This document shows, piece by piece, positions 1-10,300 of a DNA stretch of 64,000 bases. The position numbers and the translations under genes were made by a program. Each line of letters starts with the position of its first letter. Position 1 is the stretch's first letter. The notes beneath the pieces were generated by a model. That model had not been told where the DNA came from, searched no databases, and saw only the letters and a program-made list of their open reading frames with translations. This stretch comes from Paraspadella gotoi (lineage: Eukaryota; Animalia; Chaetognatha). The stretch lies in assembly GCA_051294375.1 (NCBI GenBank), contig CM119269.1, positions 17,033,143 to 17,097,142 of the forward strand. The letters are read 5' to 3'.

Positions 1-30
1 TATTTTAATCCTCGACCTTCTTTTATATAG

Positions 31-253
31 CAACGGATGCGCCAATCTTTGCGGTTTGAATTCCTCCAACGTTGAGTCAGTGGCGCGCGCCATTTTTGAC
101 GTCGCGTCAAACGTGGTTGATGATCCCGCGATGCCCGGGGACGACGGCGATGACGATGTCGGTGACGACGAGAACGAAAACGACATTGACGACAATGAAC
201 ACCGGAAAGACGGCGACGACGATCGTGACGAATCTCCGGCTCCTGAAATCTGA
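31..253 (+). CDS. Terminal exon of an aspartate aminotransferase-like (GOT1/GOT1L1-like) gene with an acidic C-terminal extension; upstream exons lie outside the window
   Basis: Acceptor ttctttttatatag ends at 30. The phase-2 exon reads NGCANLCGLNSSNVESVARAIFDVASNVVDDPAM, resembling the GOT1 C-terminus pattern SGRINxxGLxxxNxxYVAxxIxxAV. Stop TGA at 251-253 and AATAAA at 321-326. Confidence 0.6.
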
Positions 254-737
254 TAACTTGTGTCACGTTAGTTCCGGTTGAGAATCACGAAAAAGACTTT
301 CCGTTTTGCTCAAACCTCTTAATAAATCTTTAGTTATAATTTATAATTTATAACTGTCTATACTATTTAACTCTTTTTCCCCGCGGGGTCAGTGACTTAG
401 AGGTAATCGACCCCGTGCACCGAAATCGAGGCTTTTACAATCCCATCTATGAAGTAAGAAAAGAAAACTTTTCGTGTATTACAGTTACAGGGGCGAGTCT
501 CATCAGTCATCAGCGTATCGACTCTTCAAATGACGAATTTTAAAAAGCTTCAATAAAAATCCTGTGATGAATATAACTTACATACTTATCCATAATAACA
601 AAGTAACACCTGACTATCGTAATAGTTGATAATGGATCCGCCTCTTTCGAATCAACCTTCCCAACCTTTCCAACCTTTAGATTCTTGTAATTCTCCATCC
701 ACGCGATTTTTTGAGGCTTCTTTCCGTTTGACCAAAG

Positions 738-1045
738 AAACAAGATCGGTTCATCCTAAGTGTTGCGCCGCAGTGACTTTATTTTCACGTGTATGCCTCG
801 TGACATGGTATGACATGACGAGACATAACATGACTACATGACTGCAATTTCTTTCTTAGCCTGTGTATTTATGACACGCACTGCATCGGAATTCTGTATT
901 TTATTTTCTATAGTTTTAGGATTTCCTGAAGGCAGCGCAAGCAGTCCATTAAATTTAAGATTTTTTAATTTTTAATGTAAGTGGGACAGACCGACCGAAA
1001 GACTTATAGAGTTGCTCCGCGAGTAATCGCGGCGCAACTAAAAAA
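738..1045 (-). mobile_element. Helentron/DINE-1-like non-autonomous element (HINE)
   Basis: The minus strand starts TTTTT-AGTTGCGCCGC with a 5' hairpin, then CTCTATAA and a GTCG/GTCT microsatellite. Subterminal inverted repeat at 762-771 and 1029-1038. It ends CTTGTTT, as does the element at 16097. Confidence 0.65.
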
Positions 1046-1435
1046 GTGAAGTATAAGCCAGGGTTCAATGACCGATGAATCGATTTGTAATGATCTTCTT
1101 AAGATTTACTCGAAACGGTTTGAAGCTTCTTTCGACTTCTAAATATATATCTTTAGTTTAGTAAAGACTTTACATATGTCATTGCTATTTTGGTGTTAAA
1201 CTAAGTCTTGTCACTCGAAAATGTGTGAGGCTTTTTTCCTTTCTTGTTCCAAGTTTATCTTAAAAATGTCATTTCCTTTTATCCATAATAATTAATGCAC
1301 GTTTTGGTTTTTCGCGTTCGCGCAATTTCGATTCTTACACATGATTATATTTCTGTCCCAAGCATTGCGGTTTATCACCTACCGCCATAAACTCAGTTCA
1401 CTCAACGATGCAAGGGTGAGGACTGAAGGAGATCG

Positions 1436-3456
1436 ATGGGCCTATTTGGTTCTCACCCGGCCTCGACCCTTGACGTCGATGACATGGCGGAGATTCGGAA
1501 GGCGACCGGCTTCTCCGCCGATCAGATCGAGCGCCTTCACCGCCGCTTCCGGTTTATAGACAAGAATCGCATGGGCTTCCTTACCCATGAGGACATCATG
1601 GAAGTGAGTCAGACTAACACTGTCTCATTTCGTAAAATAATATCTTCGGATAATTAAAAAACCGAACAGGTTATTTTAATTGCACATCCTGTGACGTTGA
1701 AACTTCGAATAACCCGTTTTTTAAAAACGTTGTCATTGTTAAATTCAAAATTAACTCTGGGAGTGAATAAACGAGACTGTGAGTAGGGTGGAGTGATGAA
1801 AAGATTGAGCGATGGAACAATGTTTTTTTGCTGCCTTTATATATGTAATATAAAATAATTAAGCCCTTTTTCCAAAAAAATTTGCATAACAGTATCATTA
1901 ATTGAATTTTTTTTATAGTAATATCCTTAATTAAAAACGAAAATTTTCGTGGAACAACAAAAAAGTTTTTTATTATTGTTGTTCCACGAAAATTTCCGTT
2001 TTTAATTAATCTCAACAAACAACAAAAGAAAGGATTAATACAAAGTAATATCCTTATAAAATCATAAAATTTCAAAATCATATTTTCTTAATTTTAAGAA
2101 CAGTTTTGGATTCGCCGGAAAAAACTGAAAAACTTTTGTAAAATATGTTACATGATATTTTTAGGTTAAAGCTGTGAAAAATGACCAAAATGTTTCATCA
2201 TATAATAGTTTCTACTACAAAGTATAAAAAAGTAGAGAATTTGACCTATTTTTTTCATTTTTGACGCTGAAGATATTAAAATTTTTTATAACATATTTTA
2301 TATTTTTCATCTAACTTTTTATGAAGAATCAGAATCTTTTATAAAAATTTTAAAAAAATTATTTTGAAAATTTATGATTTTATAAGAATATTACTATAAA
2401 TAAATTGTACTTAATGATACTGTTCCCCAAACAATATAAGCAAAATATTTTTTATACTCCTTAATCATACTATCTTACGTCTAAATATCCTTGTTTGATC
2501 ACTCAAATAAAATTTAGGTTCCCCAGTACTCCACTCTACTGTGAGAGAGTCTTGATTGAAAGCTTGCAGGGGCGTTCTAAAATGGAACAAGAAATAGCGG
2601 TATATTTGAAGCTATCAAGTACCAGTGGCTACTTTTTTTGAGCCTCAGTGTACTTAAGAATTTATGACAGAAAAAATATTTAAGAAAAACTCTAACTTGA
2701 GAAAATGAGAATATTAAATTATCTGCCCATTGAATAGTATTTGTTGGTTTACATTTCTATATTTCACTTATTTTTAATGTGACGTTTTTAAAGCAAATCT
2801 TAATTAAATGCAATTTTTTTTTTTAATTCTCGAATCTGTCCACTGCGAATATGATAGATCCCAGGTTTAGACGACAATCCCTTGGGTCAACGTATCGTCC
2901 ACGCCTTCTTTCGATACGGCGACACTGAAGATGTTCAGGAAAAAATTGATTTCAAAGAGGTTTCTAGATAGCAATTACTAAAATTAATAACCTTCATGAA
3001 TAATAATTTTGCTTTATGTTAAAAAATAAAATAAATCATATGTATCTCTCTCTCCTCAGTTCGTACGTGTTTTGGCAAGATTCCGACCAGAAACGGAGGA
3101 AGACCGTCACGGCATAAATTCAAAAACTGAGAAGTTAAAATTCGCTTTTAAAATGTACGACATTAATGACGACGACACGATTACTCAAAAAGAGGTGATG
3201 AAAACAAATTACAATCATGAACATAATTTTAAAACTTTTTGCTATGCTGAAATGACACCCATTTTACTAGGTGGTGGAGGTTCTGCAACTCATGGTGGGG
3301 TGCCATATTGGCGAGGAACAGCTAATTGGGATAGCGAACCGAACTCTTGAAGAAGCGGACACGGACGACGACAAGGAGATTACGCTCGAAGAGTTTTGCC
3401 GCGTTTTGGAAAATTCCGGCATCGTCCAGACGTTGAGCATAAAATTTAAAGAGTGA
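1436..3456 (+). CDS. CHP1: Calcineurin B homologous protein (EF-hand), about 196 aa; exons 1436-1603, 2858-2959, 3060-3194, 3271-3456
   Basis: Motifs MG..., TGFSADQIERLHRRF, NPLGQRIVHAFF, KLKFAFKMYDINDDDTIT and EADTDDDKEITLEEF. All three introns are GT-AG and the spliced frame is open. Confidence 0.9.
1784..2538. mobile_element. Foldback MITE (hAT- or P-like) in CHP intron 1
   Basis: TIRs TAGGGTGGAGT / ACTCCACTCTA, flanked by the direct repeat CTGTGAG (1777-1783, 2539-2545). It interrupts a dispersed repeat whose uninterrupted copy is at about 30820-30870. Confidence 0.75.
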
Positions 3457-4880
3457 ACTTTGAGACCGTTAAAATTTTTATTTCAAACTCGCAACTGAAA
3501 TTAGCTGCCTGAGTCTGACATATATTATTATTTTAATTTAAGATTTTTTACATAAAATGAGTATATCCGGAAACCAAAAAATCCGACCGTTAGTTAAATA
3601 AGGCTCAGTACTTTAAAAAGTACTTTTATGTTTGGTATGTGTTGCTGTATAAAACTGCAGTATGAGTATAAGATAATCTTTATATTGGTTGTACCAATTT
3701 CTTAGTATGGTGTGAATTGGTCTAAAATGACGAAAAATTTGTAAATTCCAGTTGTTGATTCATTCACTTCTAAGTATATCACGTACTATTAGAGATAAAC
3801 AGGCCACTGAAGAGAAAATATTTACTTGGATTACTTGGAAATTTTAGGAAACCGGATTTCCTGATTATAAGTCTGACAATCGTAAAAAAAATTTAATAAA
3901 ATTAACATTAAGGTTTGATTACAATGATCGCATAGTTAATCAGACTCTATTATATTTCAATAATAATGGTTGCGCTATATTTAGGATCGCCTGTCTTTTA
4001 CTTCGTGTTTACATTCGTATCTGTTAATTGTTCAGTGTTACTTGTGTAGATTATACATGTCTATATATGTTTATCTTAGAATAAATTTCTGTTCTTTTTG
4101 TTAATTGTTGGAGAATCGGTCCTAGCTATATGTTAACATGTATTTATGTTTTATCACTCGTATTATGATTTTTAGTAACAACATTGAAGAGACAGCGGAT
4201 ATTGCATCTAGAAAGAAGCATTAAAAATTGTTACAACTTATAGTAAATGCAAAATAAGGGACTTCAAAAAATTAATTTTATCTTAGAAAGGGATATTATA
4301 TTATTTAGATGAAATTTTAATTCGTACTAACTACTAGAATATTAAGAAAACTATGTTAATATTTAGCAAAAAACTGTTTTCAAATGAAAATAAATTCACA
4401 TAAAAAAATAGCTCGCCAAAATGTCCGACGGTGGGACAAAGTTAGCGCCAAGCAAACGCCGCCCTACTGATGAAACGACCATGAACTGTCGTCGTCGCTC
4501 GGAAAGTCAGTCGCAGACGCGATGACGACGTTTATGATAAACTCGCTGTTTAAAAACATTTTCCTTTTACAAGTTTTCACTGTTTTGCCTACCTCATTCC
4601 TCACCTTTCCAAATCTACAACTGCCAATGCTTAAAATAATATTTTTTTATTCCTGTTCTTTTATCTTTTTTATCTTTTATCTTTTCAGAAAAAATAAAAA
4701 CTAGAAAAGAATTGAAAAAAAAATCTTACAAATACTAACTACAATCAATATTTTTTCCGTCAATCAATAATCGTATTTATAATATAATAATATATTATTA
4801 TATAATATTATATACGACTATGCTTTAAGAGCAATGACTTAACTTAAGTCAAAAGAACAGCGATAATTTTCCTGCGTCAG

Positions 4881-4890
4881 GCGCATGCGC
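4881..4890. promoter_or_regulatory. NRF1/EWG-type palindrome GCGCATGCGC upstream of JMJD5
   Basis: Exact GCGCATGCGC in a GC-rich patch about 530 bp upstream of the JMJD5 ATG. Confidence 0.4.
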
Positions 4891-5417
4891 GGCAACAAAT
4901 ATTTTCTAGCAGAGGTGTGTCGTGTCCTCCGTTCGCTCCCTTATTTTCGATCGATGTTGCTGACTAAACTATTGAATGAGAATATGAATTATTAAGTGTT
5001 TTAACACTAATAATGTGTTATTCATATGAGCCATTATTTTTTATATATTTGTTATATCCAAAGACTCGCGAATCGTGATATATGATTTAATATTTTATTT
5101 ATTTTTTATTTTAATTTAATATTATATTTTACAGTATTTGTTATATTCTGATAATTTTTCCCCCCGAGAGGTCGGGGGGGGGGTAAAAAAAAAGCGATCG
5201 ATTTCCGCTTGATTTACGGCTTGTTTGACCGGTTTTGTTTTTTCTACTTTTTTTTAATTTGGTTGAAAATCCAGTTTGTTTTCTTTTATTCTCTCGTATA
5301 TCTGCTGCTCGCTCACCTTCTCTCAACGAGCTATTAACCTCCCATTCTTTAATCGGAGAGCTTAAGGTTAAATTAAATTTACGTAAAAGAAGGAAAAAAA
5401 TCTAATTGACAAAACTG

Positions 5418-6779
5418 ATGAACCGGTCCGACGTTTTGTTTAAATGGATATCAGACGTACGAAAGACGTCAGCGTTTTCGTTTCGCGATGATTTGAAATC
5501 CAGCGATGTGGGCCAGTTCTGCTTCGACCTGATTGAATCGTCTGCGGCTGCGTTGTCTAGCGACCTTCCTTTGGTCGACGGCTTTGTCATTAAATGCGAC
5601 GCAATCATCGGCATTGCTTGGGAAAAACTCCACACTGGCACTTGGAAGGACGTAGATATCAAATGGCGACTCCTCTATTCTCACGCGTCGCTACACAAGT
5701 TTTTACACCTGTTTTCGGAAGACTGGGCGTCACTATCATCTTCCGACTACGTTGCGCTGCTTACCCGCGCTCTCCTTACACTCGACATGGCGCTACTTAT
5801 GGGCGGACCCATTGGCGGCGATGTTTTAACGAGATCGGCGTCACGGGTGCACGCGCTTCTCGTTGACGCACCATGCAAAAAAGTTGATGTTCCTTCCGTA
5901 AAAACCGAGCACAACGTCGCTGATTCCACTCCATTGGAGGAGCCTACCCTTTCGTCCCCGACAAATCCTTTCCTCTCGACAAAAAGATTAAAGCTTTCAT
6001 CTTCGCCCCTCCCACGCCTCTCCTGTCCTTCCATGGAGGAATTCGTCCGCGACTTCCTTCGTCCACAACTTCCCTGCATTATCACCGACCTTCAGCTCGC
6101 TTGGCCGGCCGCGAGTGCCGTCGTGGACGCCGCCGATTCTTCATCTCGACGTTGGAATCTCTCCTACCTTCGCCGCGTCGCCGGGCACCGTACGGTGCCA
6201 ATTGAAGTTGGAGCCAAGTACACCGACGACGCCTGGGGACAAAAACTTGTCACCGTCAATCAGTTCGTCGATGAGTACTTCAACGATGACCAAAATAGCG
6301 CCGAGGGCGGCGGAACAACTCGCCGCCCCGTCGGATACTTGGCGCAGCACAATCTCTTCGATCAAATCCCTGAGCTGCTCGATGACATCGTCGTCCCCGA
6401 TTTTTGCTACGCCTGCCTCGACGATAACGAAGAAGACGTGGACGTGAACGCCTGGTTCGGCCCCGCCGGTACCGTCTCTCCTCTTCACTTCGACCCAAAG
6501 AACAACCTCTTGGCGCAGGTGGTTGGTGCCAAATACATCAGGCTTTATTCGCCTTCCTCCTCGCCCTGCCTCTATCCCCACCCGCCTTCCGCCCTCATGT
6601 CCAACACGAGTCGAGTCGACGTGGAGGATGTCGATGCCGACGCCTTTCCGCTCTTCTCCGACGCCCCCTTTTGGGAGGCGCGGCTTCAGGCTGGAGAGAC
6701 GCTTTTTATTCCTGAGCGGTGGTGGCATTTCGTCAAATCGCTCTCTGTCAGTTTTTCCGTCAGTTTTTGGTGGAAATAG
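5418..6779 (+). CDS. KDM8: JmjC-domain protein 5 (KDM8/JMJD5), intronless CDS, about 453 aa
   Basis: Motifs [60 protein letters not shown] and SFSVSFWW, with the HxD...H metal triad. The first ATG is at 5418; an in-frame TAA lies at 5403. Confidence 0.93.
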   Translation: MNRSDVLFKWISDVRKTSAFSFRDDLKSSDVGQFCFDLIESSAAALSSDLPLVDGFVIKCDAIIGIAWEKLHTGTWKDVDIKWRLLYSHASLHKFLHLFSEDWASLSSSDYVALLTRALLTLDMALLMGGPIGGDVLTRSASRVHALLVDAPCKKVDVPSVKTEHNVADSTPLEEPTLSSPTNPFLSTKRLKLSSSPLPRLSCPSMEEFVRDFLRPQLPCIITDLQLAWPAASAVVDAADSSSRRWNLSYLRRVAGHRTVPIEVGAKYTDDAWGQKLVTVNQFVDEYFNDDQNSAEGGGTTRRPVGYLAQHNLFDQIPELLDDIVVPDFCYACLDDNEEDVDVNAWFGPAGTVSPLHFDPKNNLLAQVVGAKYIRLYSPSSSPCLYPHPPSALMSNTSRVDVEDVDADAFPLFSDAPFWEARLQAGETLFIPERWWHFVKSLSVSFSVSFWWK

Positions 6780-7372
6780 CTGGTTTTAAAGACGTTTTCT
6801 TTTTCTTTTCTTTTCTTTTAAAATTTTCGTTTGAGCATGTACTCCCTGTAAATTTTTGAATCGCCCAATTGAGAGCGCCTACCCCTATTTTAAGATCGGT
6901 CCTAATTTTTCCTTTCCGTAATGAAACGAACTTTCGATTCTTTTATCTTCTTTCTCTTCATTTTCCTCCGAGCTATGAAACTCCAGGATCGCCTTTTGTT
7001 TGTTTCGATCGTTAAATTCTTGTTGATCGTAATAATTTAAATATCGGTATTTAGTAAATTAAAATAGAATAAGGGCTTTTACTAAGAAGGCCGAGACATG
7101 TTTTGTACGCAACTAGGGTTGTTGGTTCTCTAGATCTCGATTTTGTTTGTCCCACAATTTAAGTAATATAAATGAATTTTGCATAACCAATTAACCATTA
7201 CCGTTGCTTCAACCAAATATAAACTTTTTTCAGCGGGCGATACCTTTATCGCAAGATGTGTTATTCGTAAACTCTTTACATGCCAACTTAACGTTCAAAC
7301 CCAAATCCTCATAACAAAACCTTTGGTGCTGTCACACTTTTTTTGCGATTGGAAAGTGGAGAAGTGCGCGCG

Positions 7373-10300
7373 ATGAACGGAAACGGCGCTAAAGTCAATG
7401 GCGAGGGCGAAAATGTTCAAACGACTTCCGACGCTGAATCCAACAGTCGGGTTGTCGACCTTTTCATCAAGGTGAGAGAAGTGACTAAAGTTTGCGAGAC
7501 AGAATTATGAGGTTGTGGCAACAGGAAGACATCTGTGATGGACGGCGTGTGAGGCATCTCCTGACAACTGGTGCTCAGGGCTTTGGACCTGCAGTGACCA
7601 CTCCATGTCACTGGGTTGTTTATGCCAACACCATCACACTTAACTAGCATGACCGTGACGGGATTGAAACCAGAACTCATTGATGGTGAACAAGTACTTA
7701 GCTGTCTTAGCCAATGGGAGGCGAATTTAGGATTTGCCACACATGCACCCCCAAGACAGCACACGAGGATGACCAAGCCCAGAATGACTGAGTGACTGAT
7801 TACGATTACGGATTACGACGAGAGTTTGTCCAACACGCGCAGAGCGAGCGAGTAGGGCATAGGCTTGGGATGCATACCCTTACGTGATGAAGTGAGCGAT
7901 GATGCGCAGCGCTTGCATGTTTGATAGTTTGGCTCACCATTTATGGCAACGGGAAGATGTGTGTGATGCCCAGGGTGTAAGGTATCTCCCGACAGCTGGC
8001 TCTCAGGGCTTTGAACATGCAGTGACCAACCCATGTCACTGACGTTTTTATGCCAACACCATCACACTAAAACAGCATGACCGTGAGGGGATTTTAACCG
8101 AGCACTCACGGTTGGTCCAAGCCAATGGAACTGAGCTGAGTTTCAACAAGCTATACAGGAGGCGAATTTAAGATTCGCATTTAGGATTCGTCACAGGGTT
8201 AAGTTTCTCTGAATATTGTCAAATGAATTTCGTTTTCTTTTTCACATAGGCATCCACCATCGATCCAGACAGAAAGGGAGCGTGCCCAATATGCCAGCGC
8301 TACTTCATGGCGCTCTACCTCAAATACGAAGCAGACGACATCGACCTCGTCGTCACCCGCGTAAAAAATACGAAGATGCAACCTGTTTGTCTCGACGGAC
8401 AAAACTTCCAGGTGACTACTCCTGACAATTTCATCGTCACATCTCGCTCTAATGTTCATATTATATTGTATGACAATGAATATTTAAGGCTCCTTCGATG
8501 GTGCACAACAACGAATTAAAAACGATGGAGCATATTGAAGACTACATCGCCACTGAATTGAGAGGTTTAGACCTCACGTCTACAGATAAAGCGCGCGAAG
8601 CCGTAGCAAACGTTTTCATCGTAAGTATTATTAAGTATTATTAACTTAGATATTCAATTACGCAAGTAACTTTGAATATAAATCTCTCTTTAAAACATCT
8701 TCATAATAGTAAATACTTATTTATTTTTTCTTAACAAATAAGTAAGAAGCGGTAATTAGTTTTAGTGCATACTGCATAGTAAAATTTCTAAATTTAACTT
8801 TAATTAAAATTCTAAAAGTGAGGAACGAACAACATTATACTAATGAACATTTATGTAATAAAAAAATTTATAATAAATTTTACAATTTACGCAGTAGGCC
8901 ATATTTATACTAGTACTAATCCAATAAATGTTAAAATTTCAAAACAGTTTTTTCTAAGATTTTTTTTGCAGATTTGGATTTATCATAAAAAGTTGATAAA
9001 AAGAAATATAACTCTTTTTGAAAAATTCCTTCATTAAGTGGGTCAAAAATTAGAAAAAGCTATATTTTAAGCTGAAAATTAACTTTTTATATATTAAATA
9101 GTTGTTTTAATTTTTAACCCACTTAATGAAAGAATTTTTAAAAATGATTTATATTTTATTTGATCAACTTTTGACGAGGAATTCAAATCTGCGATCAAAA
9201 TTAAAAAAGGCCTATTTTGAAAATTTTCGATTTTATAAGGATAGTACTATATATAAATTTAGCCTACTGCGAAAATTAAAAAAACAAAAAAATATTTTTT
9301 TTTACAAATTAATGTTCACTGATGGTATATTGTTCATAATTGACTTTTAGAATTTCCGTACGTAACTTTCACTACGCTCTACTGCATAGTGTTACAATTC
9401 TTTAGGCTTCAATACTTAAGCTTCTCAAATCTCAATTTTTCTTTCAGACATTCAGCAAGTACATGAGGGACCAAAAGACTGAACCAACAGGACTTCTCAA
9501 AGAGTTGATATTACTCGATAAGTACTTAGAAAAAAACGCAACGCCGTTCCTGTGCGGCGAACAGATGACATTCGCCGATTGCGAGCTTCTGCCCAAATTG
9601 CAGCACATTAGGGTCGCTGCAAAGGTAATTATATTATAATTATACAGTTTACTGTTTTGACCTAACAATTAATACCAATAATGGATTAGTTTAATACTGT
9701 TCCCATTAAAATTTGCATTTGGTCGGCTACCGCTACTATAAAGACTTCTTCTATAGGGCGACACATTTCTATCTAGTCTGAATTCATAAAATTTTATGTA
9801 TTATCTTATTGGCGTTTTTTATCTTGTTAATTATGCATTTGAAAGGCAAAAAAATCAAATATTACGAATAGAAATATGAGACCGACCAAAGTTTAGTCTC
9901 AGTTTCTTTGGTCTTACCAATTTTGATCAAACAGTTCGGTATTTAGGGAAAAAATCAAACTCACCTGTCACCATTTTCTTTTAGTTTTGGTTATTCTTTT
10001 TTATCCCATACTTTGACTTCGATGTGATTATTTACAGTAAGAATAATTTCTGGTCATAAACATACATGTTTATGAAAAATGTATATCTTTAAAATCCTGC
10101 AGTAAATGATACCGTTTTCATTTTATTACTATATAGGCGTACAAGAATTTCGAAATGCCCAGTGATGATCTGACATACGTTTGGAAGTACCTTAAAAATG
10201 CTTACTCACAGAAAGCGTTCACGGAATCTTGTCCAGCTGATCAGGTATTACATGATAATCAGATAATTATTAACTAGCTGTATCATTAGAAAATTCTTTG

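Larger units (their letters stand above)
7514..8195 (-). mobile_element. Non-autonomous LTR element (TRIM/retrozyme-like): 5' LTR 8195-7942, internal region 7941-7742, 3' LTR 7741-7514
   Basis: Two diverged direct repeats start TGTG(A/G)C and end TTGCCA(T/C)A. PBS TGGTGAGCCA lies 2 nt after the 5' LTR (7939-7930). A GGGGG tract sits just before the 3' LTR. Flanks are ACCC/ACCT. No coding capacity. Confidence 0.8.

Noticed and set aside
4421-4525. Hammerhead-like CTGATGA...GAAA and a 34-codon ORF (MSDGGTKLAPSKRR...)
   Set aside because: Stem II is not directly followed by GAAA and I found no stems I or III. The ORF has no recognisable homology and cannot splice in frame to JMJD5 through the nearest acceptor.
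5469-6789. Overlapping alternative-frame and antisense ORFs over JMJD5, and similar ones over TRAPPC9 and SSUH2
   Set aside because: These are expected shadows of GC-rich coding sequence with no recognisable domains.
7655-7715. tRNA-derived SINE head (A-box-like TGGCTAAGACAG, B-box-like GGTTTCAATCCC) on the minus strand
   Set aside because: The boxes are not conserved in the other two copies. TG...CA termini, PBS, PPT and TSD fit an LTR element much better, and ATTGG and TTAAAA may be CCAAT and TATA elements.
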